Shown: positions 19,934-29,970 of the stretch, piece by piece
How the letters are laid out: the number at the start of each line of letters is the position of its first letter
Numbering within the stretch: position 1 is the stretch's first letter
Source of the DNA: an uncultured Verrucomicrobiae bacterium
GTDB lineage: Bacteria > Chlamydiota > Chlamydiia > Chlamydiales > Rhabdochlamydiaceae
Direction of reading: 5' to 3'
Length of the DNA stretch: 64,000 bases
Assembly (NCBI GenBank): GCA_963718565.1
Contig: OY970364.1
Location: 1,696,001-1,760,000 of the forward strand
Notes under the pieces: model-generated
Told to the model about the DNA's origin: nothing
The model's database searches: none
Seen by the model: only the letters and a program-made list of their open reading frames with translations
Program-made: the position numbers and the translations under genes

Positions 19934-20991
19934 TCTGGATATTCATCATTCAAGACAGCATCGTAATGTGCAATCAGCTCTGTTGCTTTTGCATCGCTGC
20001 TTTTTTTGAGTTGTTCGTAAATCCGCAAGCCTTGCGCGCTTAAGCCATATTTAAAATAAAGGACGCCGAGGCGGAAAAGAACTTCGCGATCATTAGACGA
20101 TATTTTAAGGATTGTTTCGTATTCATGCATCTCTTCCTGAAATAGGTCAAGATTGTGGTAGATCTGTGCAAGTTGCGCATGGACCCAAGGGTCATTGGGG
20201 GCGTAAGAATCGAGGATTTTGTACTCTTCAATCGCTTTAAAAGAGGTTTGCTTAAATTTTTCCAACATCCTTGAGCCGGCGTAATCTGGAGAGATCCAGA
20301 AGTGCTCCTCATCAGGATAAAGTTTTCGCGGGTCCACATAGAGTTGAGAAAGTGTGAGATAGGAATTGGCAAGATGGGCGTGAGCTTCAAGATCGGTGGG
20401 CTTTAGCTTGATAAGTTCGATCTGCTGTTTGATCATTTTTAGGAGTAGCAGCTCCTTCATCTGATGGAGGTCTTTCCAGTGGGTCCAAGCACTGAATTTT
20501 TGCATCAACGGGGAAAGAGTTTTGAATGAAGCAGGCGCTGTATAATAGGAATATTCCAGGCGATGAAGGTTTGAAAGCAGGCGTCCTAAGGTTGTCGCAA
20601 GAGCAAGATGATGTTCGACACTATTTTTTTCAAAAGGAAGTATCGAGTGCGAGGCTTCAAGAAAATTAGCCCTGACCTCCAGAAGCTGGTTGGGTTTTTT
20701 GGCTTGAAAGTAAAACAAGAGGACAAAATAGGTAAAACCAGTAAAAAATAATCCTGCCAGCGAAAAGGCAAAGATTGTTGCCTTAGTGAAAAAGGAAAAG
20801 AAAAGGATAAAGGCGGCAAGTTCTAAGACTGCAATGGAGAAAAAAGTGATATGGAATAGAGCATATTGTCGCGTGACTTGTTTGAAATCTTCTAACGCTT
20901 CATTGCAAAATTGATCGATCCGTTCATCGAATGTGGAACGATGAAAATGAGCCTGTGGATTTATTCTTAAGGGCTCTTCAGTTGTTGTCAT
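19915..20991 (-). CDS. Membrane-anchored TPR protein
   Basis: Two TM helices then TPR motifs (PWVHAQLAQIY, EVLFRLGVLY). Confidence 0.8.
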   Translation of the reverse strand: MTTTEEPLRINPQAHFHRSTFDERIDQFCNEALEDFKQVTRQYALFHITFFSIAVLELAAFILFFSFFTKATIFAFSLAGLFFTGFTYFVLLFYFQAKKPNQLLEVRANFLEASHSILPFEKNSVEHHLALATTLGRLLSNLHRLEYSYYTAPASFKTLSPLMQKFSAWTHWKDLHQMKELLLLKMIKQQIELIKLKPTDLEAHAHLANSYLTLSQLYVDPRKLYPDEEHFWISPDYAGSRMLEKFKQTSFKAIEEYKILDSYAPNDPWVHAQLAQIYHNLDLFQEEMHEYETILKISSNDREVLFRLGVLYFKYGLSAQGLRIYEQLKKSSDAKATELIAHYDAVLNDEYPERELQN

Positions 20992-21070
20992 AGAAACTCA
21001 GCTTAGTCGTGGCTCGATTGTAGCGAGCAGCTTGTTTTTCTCAATAGAAAATAGGCCGCAATCTTAAGAA

Positions 21071-21517
21071 TTATTGGTAAGGAGTTTGAAGCATGTGATC
21101 GACCACGCGTTGGGATACGCCATTGTTTCTGAGCTCTTGAACATCGCTTGTAGAGAGATGGTAAACACTGCCCGTCGAATGGATTGCGCCAATGATTTTG
21201 TCATCGGTAATTCCTGCTTGAGACATTTTTTTAATGTCCTGCATCGAGAGCTGTTCTCCTCGATCGATCTTATCCATCGTTCGAGGAGATTCATGCCGCA
21301 GAGTATCGCGGTCGGAGGAATCTAGAGCTGCTCCGATGAGGGCTCCTCCCACAGCGCCCACAGCGCCTCCAATCAGAATACCGGCTGGGGTTGGACTGAT
21401 CAGAGCGCCAGCAGCGACGCCCGCACCCGCACCGACTAATGCTCCTGTCTCCGCTTTATTTTCACAGCTGGCCATCATCATCGTTCCAATTGCACAAGTG
21501 AGAAATATAGACCGCAT
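21071..21517 (-). CDS. Glycine-zipper lipoprotein
   Basis: Lipobox-like MASC; GALVGAGAGVAAGALI...GGAVGAVGGALIG. Confidence 0.85.
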   Translation of the reverse strand: MRSIFLTCAIGTMMMASCENKAETGALVGAGAGVAAGALISPTPAGILIGGAVGAVGGALIGAALDSSDRDTLRHESPRTMDKIDRGEQLSMQDIKKMSQAGITDDKIIGAIHSTGSVYHLSTSDVQELRNNGVSQRVVDHMLQTPYQ

Positions 21518-21546
21518 GGAAGGCTCCTAAATTAGGAATATCTGAA

Positions 21547-21567
21547 GAGGGAATTGCAAAACTCCTC
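21547..21567. repeat. Solo terminus of family A element
   Basis: gagggaattgcaaaactcctc identical to the family A end. Confidence 0.7.
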
Positions 21568-21713
21568 ATATAATAGTCCTTTTACTCCTCATGTGTTGTG
21601 TTGGCAAGATTTTTTTAGAGTATATAAGAGTGATCTTTTTCACAAAATGCGTGAAAAAAAATTAATTTCTATGTTGAATTAGGAAAGCACAATCACGAGT
21701 CGAGGAGATATCC

Positions 21714-22430
21714 ATGAGCCATAAAAAGAGAATTCTGCTGATTGAAGATGAGGAAGATATTGCCGCTTTGATTAAGCTTCAAGCGGAAGCCTCCGGTTAT
21801 AAAATGCATGTGGAGGTCGATGGCATCAATGGGTATCGAGCCATTGAGCGCGAAAAGCCCGATCTTGTGATTCTCGATATTATGCTGCCAGGTCAAAACG
21901 GCTTTGACGTCTGTCGCAAAATCAAGAGCAGTCCTGAATTGAGAACAATCCCTGTGATCATTTTAACGGCAAAAGGTGAAGAACTCGATATGGTGCTGGG
22001 TTTGGAACTTGGGGCTGACGATTATGTCGCCAAGCCTTTTTCTCCCAAGGTACTATTCTCACGGATCAAAGCTGTCCTTCGACGTAGCAAAGAGCCTGAA
22101 AAAGCTCCCAAAGTGATCCTGTTTGGAGAATTTACTCTGGAAGTTGACCGTTATTTACTTCGAAAAGGCGATAAAATCATCACGATCACGCTTTCGGAAT
22201 TTGGTATCTTGCGGCGGTTGCTCACCAATCGCGGCAAAGTGCTCACTCGCAATCAATTGTTGGACGATATCCATAATGATGATGCGTTTATTGTCGATAG
22301 AAATATCGATGTTCACATTGCTTCGCTTCGAAAAAAGCTTGGTCCCAATTTTGATTGGGTTGAAACAGTCCGCGGAGTTGGCTATCGATTTCGAGAAGAA
22401 CCAGCTGCAATGCCAGCGGGCAAAAAATAA
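21714..22430 (+). CDS. OmpR/PhoB-family response regulator
   Basis: IEDE, LDIMLP phosphoacceptor, ADDYVAKPF, wHTH ending ETVRGVGY. Confidence 0.92.
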   Translation: MSHKKRILLIEDEEDIAALIKLQAEASGYKMHVEVDGINGYRAIEREKPDLVILDIMLPGQNGFDVCRKIKSSPELRTIPVIILTAKGEELDMVLGLELGADDYVAKPFSPKVLFSRIKAVLRRSKEPEKAPKVILFGEFTLEVDRYLLRKGDKIITITLSEFGILRRLLTNRGKVLTRNQLLDDIHNDDAFIVDRNIDVHIASLRKKLGPNFDWVETVRGVGYRFREEPAAMPAGKK

Positions 22431-22437
22431 TCAGGTT

Positions 22438-23673
22438 ATGTTTGAGAAACAAAGACAAAAGCGTTCTCTTTTTCCTGTCTTGCTTACTTATTTTCTCGAC
22501 AATTTTGGACTTGCGATCGTTTTTCCCATTTTTACGCCCTTCATCCTTAAATCTACCCACCTCATTTTATCTTATTCAGAAAGGACAATTCTTCTCGGCA
22601 TATTGATCGGCGCTTTTCCACTTGCGCAATTTTTTGGCGCTCCCTTGATTGGTCAGTTTTCAGACAGGTTTGGCAGAAAGAGGGCATTTTATATCACTAT
22701 TTTAGGAACAGCGATCGGCTATACTTTCACCGCTGTCAGTATCATGGAGAACTCTTTTACTGCCCTTTTCATTAGCCGCTTCTGCACAGGCCTTTTCGCA
22801 GGGAACTTGACGCTTTGCTTAGCGGCCATTGCTGATATGAGCTTAGATGATGCGAGCCGCACAAAAAATTTTGGCCAGATTGGCGCAATTGGCGGATTGA
22901 GTTTTATTGTTGCGATTGCTTTAGGGGGGATCTTTTCTGACCCAAGTATCGGTCGCCATTTCAATCCCAGCTTTCCCTTCTGGATCACTGCGTTACTTGC
23001 TTACGCCAATTTCATATGCATGATATTGCTCTTTCATGAAACGCATGTCCCCAATCGGCATCCAGGCGTTAATCCTTTTAAAGGAATTTACAATCTTGTT
23101 CTCGGACTTAAAAGCAAAGAATTGAAAATCATCTATGCTGTTAACTTTTTGTTCATGCTCACCTGGGTTGCTTCGATGCAATTTCTTCCAACGTTTCTTC
23201 TGTTTGATTTTCAATTTCACATTCTCGGAGTCACGCTTTGCCTCATGACAATTGGTGCGATCTGGTCTTTGACCAATATGTTCATCAACCGCATGCTCGC
23301 CAAATGGTTTTTTCCTGGCCGGACTTTGCTTTGCTGTCTCCTACTAATTTCTCTGTCATTATTGTTTCTTTTCTTTTCAAAGACACCCATGATGTTTCTC
23401 TATTTATTCTTCTTCGCGACATCTTGTGCTTCTCTTTGCTGGACAAATGGTATCGCGACAGTTTCTTTGAAAGCACCCGCTTCCATTCAGGGAAGTATTC
23501 TTGGCATCAATCAATCGATGAATGCGATTGCCGCGATGTTAAGTCCATTGATTGGCGGTGTACTTATGGCTCTTAACAAACATGTTCTTTATCTTTTCGG
23601 AGGGGTGGTCACTTTGCTGGCCTTCGGCCTTTTAATCTCTTCCAGGGCTTATGATGAACACCACCATGATTAG
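22438..23673 (+). CDS. MFS drug/H+ antiporter (TetA-like)
   Basis: Motif A GQFSDRFGRK, about 12 TM helices. Confidence 0.88.
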   Translation: MFEKQRQKRSLFPVLLTYFLDNFGLAIVFPIFTPFILKSTHLILSYSERTILLGILIGAFPLAQFFGAPLIGQFSDRFGRKRAFYITILGTAIGYTFTAVSIMENSFTALFISRFCTGLFAGNLTLCLAAIADMSLDDASRTKNFGQIGAIGGLSFIVAIALGGIFSDPSIGRHFNPSFPFWITALLAYANFICMILLFHETHVPNRHPGVNPFKGIYNLVLGLKSKELKIIYAVNFLFMLTWVASMQFLPTFLLFDFQFHILGVTLCLMTIGAIWSLTNMFINRMLAKWFFPGRTLLCCLLLISLSLLFLFFSKTPMMFLYLFFFATSCASLCWTNGIATVSLKAPASIQGSILGINQSMNAIAAMLSPLIGGVLMALNKHVLYLFGGVVTLLAFGLLISSRAYDEHHHD

Positions 23674-23908
23674 AGCACAAGAAGTTAAGAGATTTTTTTA
23701 ATTCTAGTAAAAGTTTTTAAATTGCCTCTTTCTCTCATGTCGGGGACAAAGCACTACGTGTCCTTCGTCCCCTGCTGGCCCCTCTTGAGCTTCATCTCGC
23801 GTTGCCAAATCGCCCTTCGGGCCGGTTCACTGCGTTCACCTGCTTTGCATTGCGAAACTATAAAGTTTCTCCGCGTCTTTGCGGCTCTGCGTTGATCTCA
23901 TCCGTCAG

Positions 23909-25006
23909 CTAATTTGTCTTTGAGACAACTCGGGTATAGACTTTTTCCATTTCATCCAATGTTCTTTGCAAAGTAAAACGCTCTTCGACAAGTTGTTTTC
24001 CTTGCGAACCGTATTGAGTCCTCAGGCCTGGATTATCGACGAGCTTGATGACTGCCTTGGCCACTGATTCAGGCGACGAGGGAGGGATGATCAAGCCGGT
24101 CTTTCCATCCAAGCACACCTCAGGGAGTCCTCCAACACTTGTTGTCACAAGCGGCCTCTCGAGATAGGCAGCTTGAAGGCTTGCTTGCGAAACGCCCTCA
24201 TGGGCTGTGCTGAGCAAAACGAAGATATCCATAGCCCTGATTGCAGAAAATGGAGCTTCGAGATGGCCTGTAAACGTCACAATTTTTTCTAATCCGAACT
24301 CCGGAATTTTTGAGCGGTAATCATCCACATGCCCACCTCCGACAACTACCCATTTGATCTCCCTGCGCTCTTTGAGTAATGCTGCAGCCTGAAGCAAGTC
24401 AAGAATTCCTTTCCATGAACGAACAAAACACGCTGTTCCCACGAGAATATCGCTGGGTCCAACCCCAAGCGATGCCCGGAATTCTACAGCTTTTAGAGGA
24501 TCTGCTTTCAAAGCATGAGGATCGATTCCCGTGGGAATGCATTTCAAGCGGAAGGAGGGTAGACCAGCTTGCTTGCCGATCGTCGCTAAAATGGGAGTCG
24601 ATGTTGTGACCACAAAATCCGCTAAGGTGCGATAAAGGATTCTACTGTTAAGTCCTTTACGGATCGGCGTAGAGAGATGACGAGTGCGGATCACTTTTTT
24701 TTTGACAATCCTCGCGGCAATGCCGCCCAGCCAAGCATCTAAAGAAGAATGCGTATTGACCAAATCAATCCCATGCGATTTACAAATGTGAATGAGCGCA
24801 TAAATCGTCTTCCAGGCCAATGCTCTTTTAAACGGAAGTTCATAAACCAGAAACCCCGCTTCTTTGGCTCGGGGAATCAATGCGCCGCCTATATTAACAG
24901 CCAGGATAATCTCATGACCACGCTTGCGCATCCCTTCAGCTTCACGAAGGATACGGATCTCTTGCCCTCCCCAACCGCGCGAACTCTCAGTATGTAATAC
25001 CCGCAT
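23909..25006 (-). CDS. GT4 family glycosyltransferase
   Basis: GWGGQE, HSSLD, KGILDLL, EGVSQASLQAA, VGGLPE. Confidence 0.88.
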   Translation of the reverse strand: MRVLHTESSRGWGGQEIRILREAEGMRKRGHEIILAVNIGGALIPRAKEAGFLVYELPFKRALAWKTIYALIHICKSHGIDLVNTHSSLDAWLGGIAARIVKKKVIRTRHLSTPIRKGLNSRILYRTLADFVVTTSTPILATIGKQAGLPSFRLKCIPTGIDPHALKADPLKAVEFRASLGVGPSDILVGTACFVRSWKGILDLLQAAALLKERREIKWVVVGGGHVDDYRSKIPEFGLEKIVTFTGHLEAPFSAIRAMDIFVLLSTAHEGVSQASLQAAYLERPLVTTSVGGLPEVCLDGKTGLIIPPSSPESVAKAVIKLVDNPGLRTQYGSQGKQLVEERFTLQRTLDEMEKVYTRVVSKTN

Positions 25007-25018
25007 GCTTCCTCCACA

Positions 25019-26239
25019 TTAATTTATGATGGATTCTAAAAGCTTCAAGATCTTCCTATGGCCTGAAGAAAAGGGAAGCCTTTTGATCTCATGCCAAGGA
25101 ACCCACTCGTACTCTGGAACTTCGATTTTTTCGATTGCCTGCCATAAAGTGGGATAGAGCGTCACTCTAAAACGAGTAAAGGATTGTTTAACTTCAGGCA
25201 AGCTCCTTAATTTTTTTGCAGTAAACGGAAAGGGAAAGAGGGAATTGCAAAACTCCTCGCCAGCAGAAAATCGATGATTTTGGCACCTGTTGCCAGAACC
25301 CGCACAGCGGGTTCGGTTGGCGGCGGCGAAAGCATACTTGGATAAGTAGGAGAGCCGCCGCCAAGGCGGCAGGTGCCAAAAGCGCGATTTTATGCGGCGA
25401 GGAGTTTTGCAATTCCCTCGAAAGGTTGGACTATCCGCATAAGGAAATTCATAGAGATCCGCCATCAGTTTCCCCTCTTCCCCTTTTTTCACTAGTAATT
25501 CTCCTTCAAAAATAAGGATGAAGACCTGCCGTACAAGCGACGTAATTTCCACTTTCTTTTCTTTTTTAGGCAATAGTCTTTGCAATCCTTGATTGAAGGC
25601 GACACATTTTTCTTGCAAAGGACACGCTGTGCAACTCGGATCACGTTTACAAATGGTCGCACCAAGCTCGATCAAGCCTTCTACAATAAGCCAAGGTTGA
25701 TCCTCGGGCAAGATCTCTTCAGCGATTTCCCAGATTTTTTTAAGAGTTCTACTTTTCTGCACATCATCGAGGATGCCATAGTAACGTGAGAGAACGCGGA
25801 TGGTGTTGCCATCCACTGCGGCCGCCCTCTGACGAAAGGCAAAACTTAAGATAGCCCCAATCGTATAAGGCCCAAGTCCTTTGACTTGAGCGAGCTCTTT
25901 CCTGGAAGAAGGTAATTCTCCGCCATAATGATTCATCAAAAAAAGTGCAGCCTCATGCAGGTTCCGCGCTCTGCTATAATAACCGAGTCCTTCCCACATT
26001 TTTATCACCTCTTCCAAAGGAGCTGCCGCAAGAGCGGCAATCGTTGGGAAACAGGCCATCCAACGCAAATAATATTCCTTAACCACAGAGACTTGCGTCT
26101 GTTGAAGCATGATCTCCGAGACCCAAATTGCATAAGGATCCGTTGTTTTCCGCCAAGGAAGATCTCGCTGGGCAGCTTGAAACCAATTTTTTATAAGTTC
26201 GACTTCAAAAGGAAATTTTTTCACTATTTGAGCTGTCAA
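25019..26239 (-). CDS. mutY: A/G-specific adenine glycosylase carrying an in-frame 62-codon repeat insertion
   Basis: WVSEIMLQQTQV, GLGYYSRARNLH, HhH GLGPYT, VDGN, 4Fe-4S C-x6-C-x2-C-x5-C. Confidence 0.93.
   Translation of the reverse strand: MTAQIVKKFPFEVELIKNWFQAAQRDLPWRKTTDPYAIWVSEIMLQQTQVSVVKEYYLRWMACFPTIAALAAAPLEEVIKMWEGLGYYSRARNLHEAALFLMNHYGGELPSSRKELAQVKGLGPYTIGAILSFAFRQRAAAVDGNTIRVLSRYYGILDDVQKSRTLKKIWEIAEEILPEDQPWLIVEGLIELGATICKRDPSCTACPLQEKCVAFNQGLQRLLPKKEKKVEITSLVRQVFILIFEGELLVKKGEEGKLMADLYEFPYADSPTFRGNCKTPRRIKSRFWHLPPWRRLSYLSKYAFAAANRTRCAGSGNRCQNHRFSAGEEFCNSLFPFPFTAKKLRSLPEVKQSFTRFRVTLYPTLWQAIEKIEVPEYEWVPWHEIKRLPFSSGHRKILKLLESIIN
25238..25419. mobile_element. 182-bp palindromic MITE family A, inside mutY
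   Basis: Termini GAGGGAATTGCAAAACTCCTCGCC / GGCGAGGAGTTTTGCAATTCCCTC; 4-bp TSD GAAA; near-identical copy at 40469-40650. Confidence 0.92.
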
Positions 26240-26384
26240 TTAGGTAATAATTGCCGAATCTTGAAAAATCTAAGCGGGCGCAGTGTACCATACCAAGAGC
26301 ATTTCTCGATAATAGTCTTAAAGACGTGGGTTGGCACAATTTTTGCATCTTACCAATAGTCACCCGTTCATTGGGAAGGTTGGT

Positions 26385-26882
26385 ATGACACAGCAAAGCA
26401 ATCCTGGCAATCCTGAAGGTTGGCAAAGCCTGCACATTTCTTTGAGAGATGACCTACAAAAAGAAGTCTATTTAACGCGGGAGTTGCTCTCGAATATGCA
26501 CCAAGAAGAGGTCTCTCTCATGCTTCATGATACAGGCGGTCTCGATCAGATCTTACAGCAACGTTTCCAGATGCTGGAAAAATTGAGTTTGCTGCGCCTC
26601 CACCGTCAAGAGACGACAACAAAAATTGAAAAAATTGCCTCCGCAGATCACAAAACCCTTTCCTTGGATGAAATCTTGCCTCCTAATGAAGAGATTAGCA
26701 CTGAAATATTATCTTTAAGCGACCAATTGGTGGCCTTGAACGAGAGAATGAGCCGTCAGCAATCCCAAAATCAACGCCTGTCAGAACATCCTGATCACAG
26801 CCGCTATCCGCCTTTGCAGCCTTCTCCTCAAATGCGTCCCAAAAGAAAAGCTTCTGTTGCCACTTACCAAATAAAAAAGTGA
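26385..26882 (+). CDS. Helical protein resembling FlgN-type export chaperones
   Basis: Pattern ELL...EE..L..HD...L......R...L..L..L...R typical of FlgN-like helices, judged by eye. Confidence 0.5.
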   Translation: MTQQSNPGNPEGWQSLHISLRDDLQKEVYLTRELLSNMHQEEVSLMLHDTGGLDQILQQRFQMLEKLSLLRLHRQETTTKIEKIASADHKTLSLDEILPPNEEISTEILSLSDQLVALNERMSRQQSQNQRLSEHPDHSRYPPLQPSPQMRPKRKASVATYQIKK

Positions 26883-26890
26883 TAATGAGA

Positions 26891-26946
26891 GAGGAAATTG
26901 CCAAAACCATCGATTTTCTGCTGGCGAGGAGTTTTGCAATTCCCTC
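26891..26946. repeat. Internally deleted 56-bp family A copy
   Basis: Both termini retained, flanked by 4-bp TSD GAGA. Confidence 0.8.
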
Positions 26947-26972
26947 GAGATGTAAAACAGGTTTACAATTTC

Positions 26973-28088
26973 ATGCGTGAAGCGTTTCTTTGTTCTGGGC
27001 TGATCTATGGCCCCGATTTGCATCATCTGGACCATCTAGCCCCTCTTTGTTCTTTGATGGACATTCCGCTCATTGTCACGGAAGAAAAAATTGCCGCACT
27101 CGCCAGGCTTTATTATCCTAATATTGAGGTCTTGCTTTTCGATTATATGAGCGTTCCCCAGTATCTGGTTGCACATTTCGATATTGTCTTTTATTCCATG
27201 CCTCGCGATCTGTTCGACGAAATCTTCTTTTTTATGCAAAAACTCAGTCAGAAACGCCTCCATACGATTTGGTGTCCGCATGGCAATTCCGACAAGGGGA
27301 ACAGTATTATTTACATGGAGGCTCTCAAAAAAGAAGAAGCCGCATTAGTCTATGGCAAGCAAATGATCGATTTTCTCAAACGCAAGTTTGTATTCGACCA
27401 ATTGAAGGGACATGTGATCACTGGCAATTTCCGTTATCAATTTTATCTCGATCATCGTCCCTTCTATGACTCTATTGCTGAAAAAGCAATCTCTCGGCGA
27501 CTGCTAAAAGCTAAAAAAACCCTTCTTTATGCCCCTACTTGGCAAGATTATGAGCACTCCTCTTCATTTTTTGATGCTGCTACACCGCTCATCGAGAAAC
27601 TTCCAGAAAATGATAATCTCATTATCAAGCTTCACCCCAATTTGCACCTTCAAGAAGAATTCCGCATTGATGAGCTTGTGGAAAAATACCAGGATTGGAA
27701 AAACGTCCTTTTTCTGATCGATTTCCCACCCATCTATCCTCTCCTCAACCTCATTGATGTTTACATTGGCGATATGTCCTCGATCGGCTATGACTTCTTA
27801 ACCTTTGACCGGCCCATGTTCTTCTTGAATCAAAAGGGAAAGGATCCCCAAAATGACTTAGGACTTTATCTATTCCGTTGCGGCATAGAAATTAAATACG
27901 ACCAATATTCAGATATTCATAAGATCATCGATCAGTATTTTCACTATGAATTGCGTGATTTTTCAGAGATCAGGAGAGAAGTCTACGCTTATGTCTTTGG
28001 CCACCCTAAATCTCTTGAAGAAATCAAAAAAGAGACCCTCGCTCTTTATGAGGACGTATTCAAAGATCATGACCTCAATTTCTTTTAA
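26973..28088 (+). CDS. CDP-glycerol glycerophosphotransferase family protein
   Basis: PHGNSDKG, LYAPTW, IKLHP, GDMSSIGYDFL. Confidence 0.85.
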   Translation: MREAFLCSGLIYGPDLHHLDHLAPLCSLMDIPLIVTEEKIAALARLYYPNIEVLLFDYMSVPQYLVAHFDIVFYSMPRDLFDEIFFFMQKLSQKRLHTIWCPHGNSDKGNSIIYMEALKKEEAALVYGKQMIDFLKRKFVFDQLKGHVITGNFRYQFYLDHRPFYDSIAEKAISRRLLKAKKTLLYAPTWQDYEHSSSFFDAATPLIEKLPENDNLIIKLHPNLHLQEEFRIDELVEKYQDWKNVLFLIDFPPIYPLLNLIDVYIGDMSSIGYDFLTFDRPMFFLNQKGKDPQNDLGLYLFRCGIEIKYDQYSDIHKIIDQYFHYELRDFSEIRREVYAYVFGHPKSLEEIKKETLALYEDVFKDHDLNFF

Positions 28089-29148
28089 TCAAATGCGCAC
28101 TGTTGCCATCATTACAGGCCCCGAAACTCATCTCGATCACCTAGGCGTATTAAGCTCAATCCTCAGCATTCCTTTAATTGTGACAGAAGAGAAAACATTT
28201 CGTCTCGCCACACAGTTCTATCCCGCTCTCGATGTCGCCCTGCACGATCTAGGCGATCTGACAATGGAATTTTTAGCTAAAAATTACGACGTGATTTTTC
28301 AAACAGGAAAATTCTGGGCAATCGAACTTAGACCTTTTATGGAACTGCTCTTCCGAAAAAAAATGCGATTCGTCTTTTGTCCTCATGGGAATTCGGATAA
28401 AGGCCATTCTCTGCAAAATCATGTCGAGCAAGATATCTCTCTTGTTTATGGAGAACATCTGCTCAACCTATTACAACAAACGGGTGCAGCGCAAAAGATC
28501 CGCCACATTGTGAGAACAGGAAACTATCGATACCCCTATTACCTGCGACACCGTGCATTTTATGACAATCTTGCTGAAAAAATCGTCTTTAGTCGTTTTA
28601 AGACAGAAAAACCCACACTTTTATATGCTCCGACTTGGAATAATCAGGAAAATCCCACTTCTTTCTTTTCAACCACAGATGTTTTGATCGAAGAACTTTC
28701 TGCTTCTTTTAATATGATCATCAAGCTCCATCCCTTTTTGATCGAAGATCGTCCTGCGGAAGTTTTTCAGATCATGTCCCATTACGAAAATCATCCTTCC
28801 GCAATCCTCTTGGACAATTTCCCCCCCATTTATCCACTGCTTGAGCGATGCAGCCTTTATTTAGGTGACTACTCCTCAATCGGCTATGATTTCCTTATCT
28901 ACGATAAACCTCTTTACTTCTTCAATCCCAAAAAGGGATCCTCTTCTCCATTGCACTCCTGTGGATTAGAGCTTCCAGAAAACTTGAAAGGGAAGTGGAA
29001 CCAATTTTTTACAGAAACGCTTGGGCCAAATAAGGAATTTTATTCATCGCAAAGGAAAGAAACTTATTTTTATGCTTTTGGAGAGGAACTCGATCCCAAG
29101 AGCATAAAATCCGCTATATTGCGCCCGCTTAGGTTTTGCGAATTTTGA
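28069..29148 (+). CDS. CDP-glycerol glycerophosphotransferase family protein (tandem paralog)
   Basis: Same motifs: PHGNSDKG, LYAPTW, KLHP, GDYSSIGYDFL; start could be 28093. Confidence 0.85.
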   Translation: MTSISFNQMRTVAIITGPETHLDHLGVLSSILSIPLIVTEEKTFRLATQFYPALDVALHDLGDLTMEFLAKNYDVIFQTGKFWAIELRPFMELLFRKKMRFVFCPHGNSDKGHSLQNHVEQDISLVYGEHLLNLLQQTGAAQKIRHIVRTGNYRYPYYLRHRAFYDNLAEKIVFSRFKTEKPTLLYAPTWNNQENPTSFFSTTDVLIEELSASFNMIIKLHPFLIEDRPAEVFQIMSHYENHPSAILLDNFPPIYPLLERCSLYLGDYSSIGYDFLIYDKPLYFFNPKKGSSSPLHSCGLELPENLKGKWNQFFTETLGPNKEFYSSQRKETYFYAFGEELDPKSIKSAILRPLRFCEF

Positions 29149-29168
29149 CTCTGCGAGACGAAATATTT

Positions 29169-29759
29169 TTAACCTGTGTCGTTCATCTTGATGCAAAGGG
29201 AAAGAGGCTCCCTATGATTTTTCCCCGGGCCAGGAATCGTCACTTTGAGCAAGTTTTTATCGTCGAGCATACCATGTTCAACGAAATAGTTCATCGAGCT
29301 TAAGGATATTTGCTTCTCTTCATCGCCTATGATTAAATATTCAGTGCCTGTGGAATCTCGAATGAGAATGATCAGCGGAAATAGAGATTTCTCTCCACCT
29401 TTCATAGATAGCTCTGCCATTAAATCACCCACACTCAAAATATGAAGAGCAGCAATTTTCCATGTTGTATCTTTAACGGGGAGATCTGTAAAAGCTAAAT
29501 CATCCCATGTCTGCATGAATGTGATGGGAAGATTCAAGCATAGGGTCAAAGCTTTTGATGGATGAAAAAAAAGGGCGACCTCTTTGTTTTGGAAACAGGT
29601 GAAAGCCTTTTCCTTTAAAGGCGGTTTTTTAAGAAAGATTACACCAATAATGAGCGCAAGACTGCCTGCGATGAATAACCATTGAAACAAGCGTGAACTG
29701 CGGCAAAAATGCCACAGCTTTTGCAAACACTTGAAAATGCCCATTTTTCCGCCAAACAA
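29169..29759 (-). CDS. Hypothetical single-TM protein
   Basis: 196-aa ORF with one N-terminal TM. Confidence 0.6.
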   Translation of the reverse strand: MFGGKMGIFKCLQKLWHFCRSSRLFQWLFIAGSLALIIGVIFLKKPPLKEKAFTCFQNKEVALFFHPSKALTLCLNLPITFMQTWDDLAFTDLPVKDTTWKIAALHILSVGDLMAELSMKGGEKSLFPLIILIRDSTGTEYLIIGDEEKQISLSSMNYFVEHGMLDDKNLLKVTIPGPGKNHREPLSLCIKMNDTG

Positions 29760-29856
29760 ATTTTCAATTTACACCTCTTGAGATTTTTTGACACTTAGAG
29801 TCTGTCTGCGACAAGAAATTGAAGAACTCCTCCTTGGAAAGGAGAAGTCCTTCAAT

Positions 29857-29965
29857 CTTATCCAAGTATGCTTTCGCCGTCGCCAACCGAACCCGTTGCG
29901 CGGGTTCTGGCAACAGGCGCCAAAATCATCGATTTTCTGCTGGCGACAAGTTTTGCAATTCCCTC
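29857..29965. repeat. Partial family A copy (one arm plus interior)
   Basis: Matches the reverse complement of part of 25238-25419 with a few substitutions. Confidence 0.85.
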
Positions 29966-29970
29966 TATCA

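Noticed and set aside
21714..22430. Orphan response regulator as a novel signalling system
   Set aside because: Canonical OmpR-type protein; the cognate kinase may simply lie elsewhere in the genome.
23740..23895. Cluster of small GC-rich hairpins as a possible ncRNA
   Set aside because: Lies between convergent genes, has no second copy in the window and no recognisable RNA family; cannot be supported.
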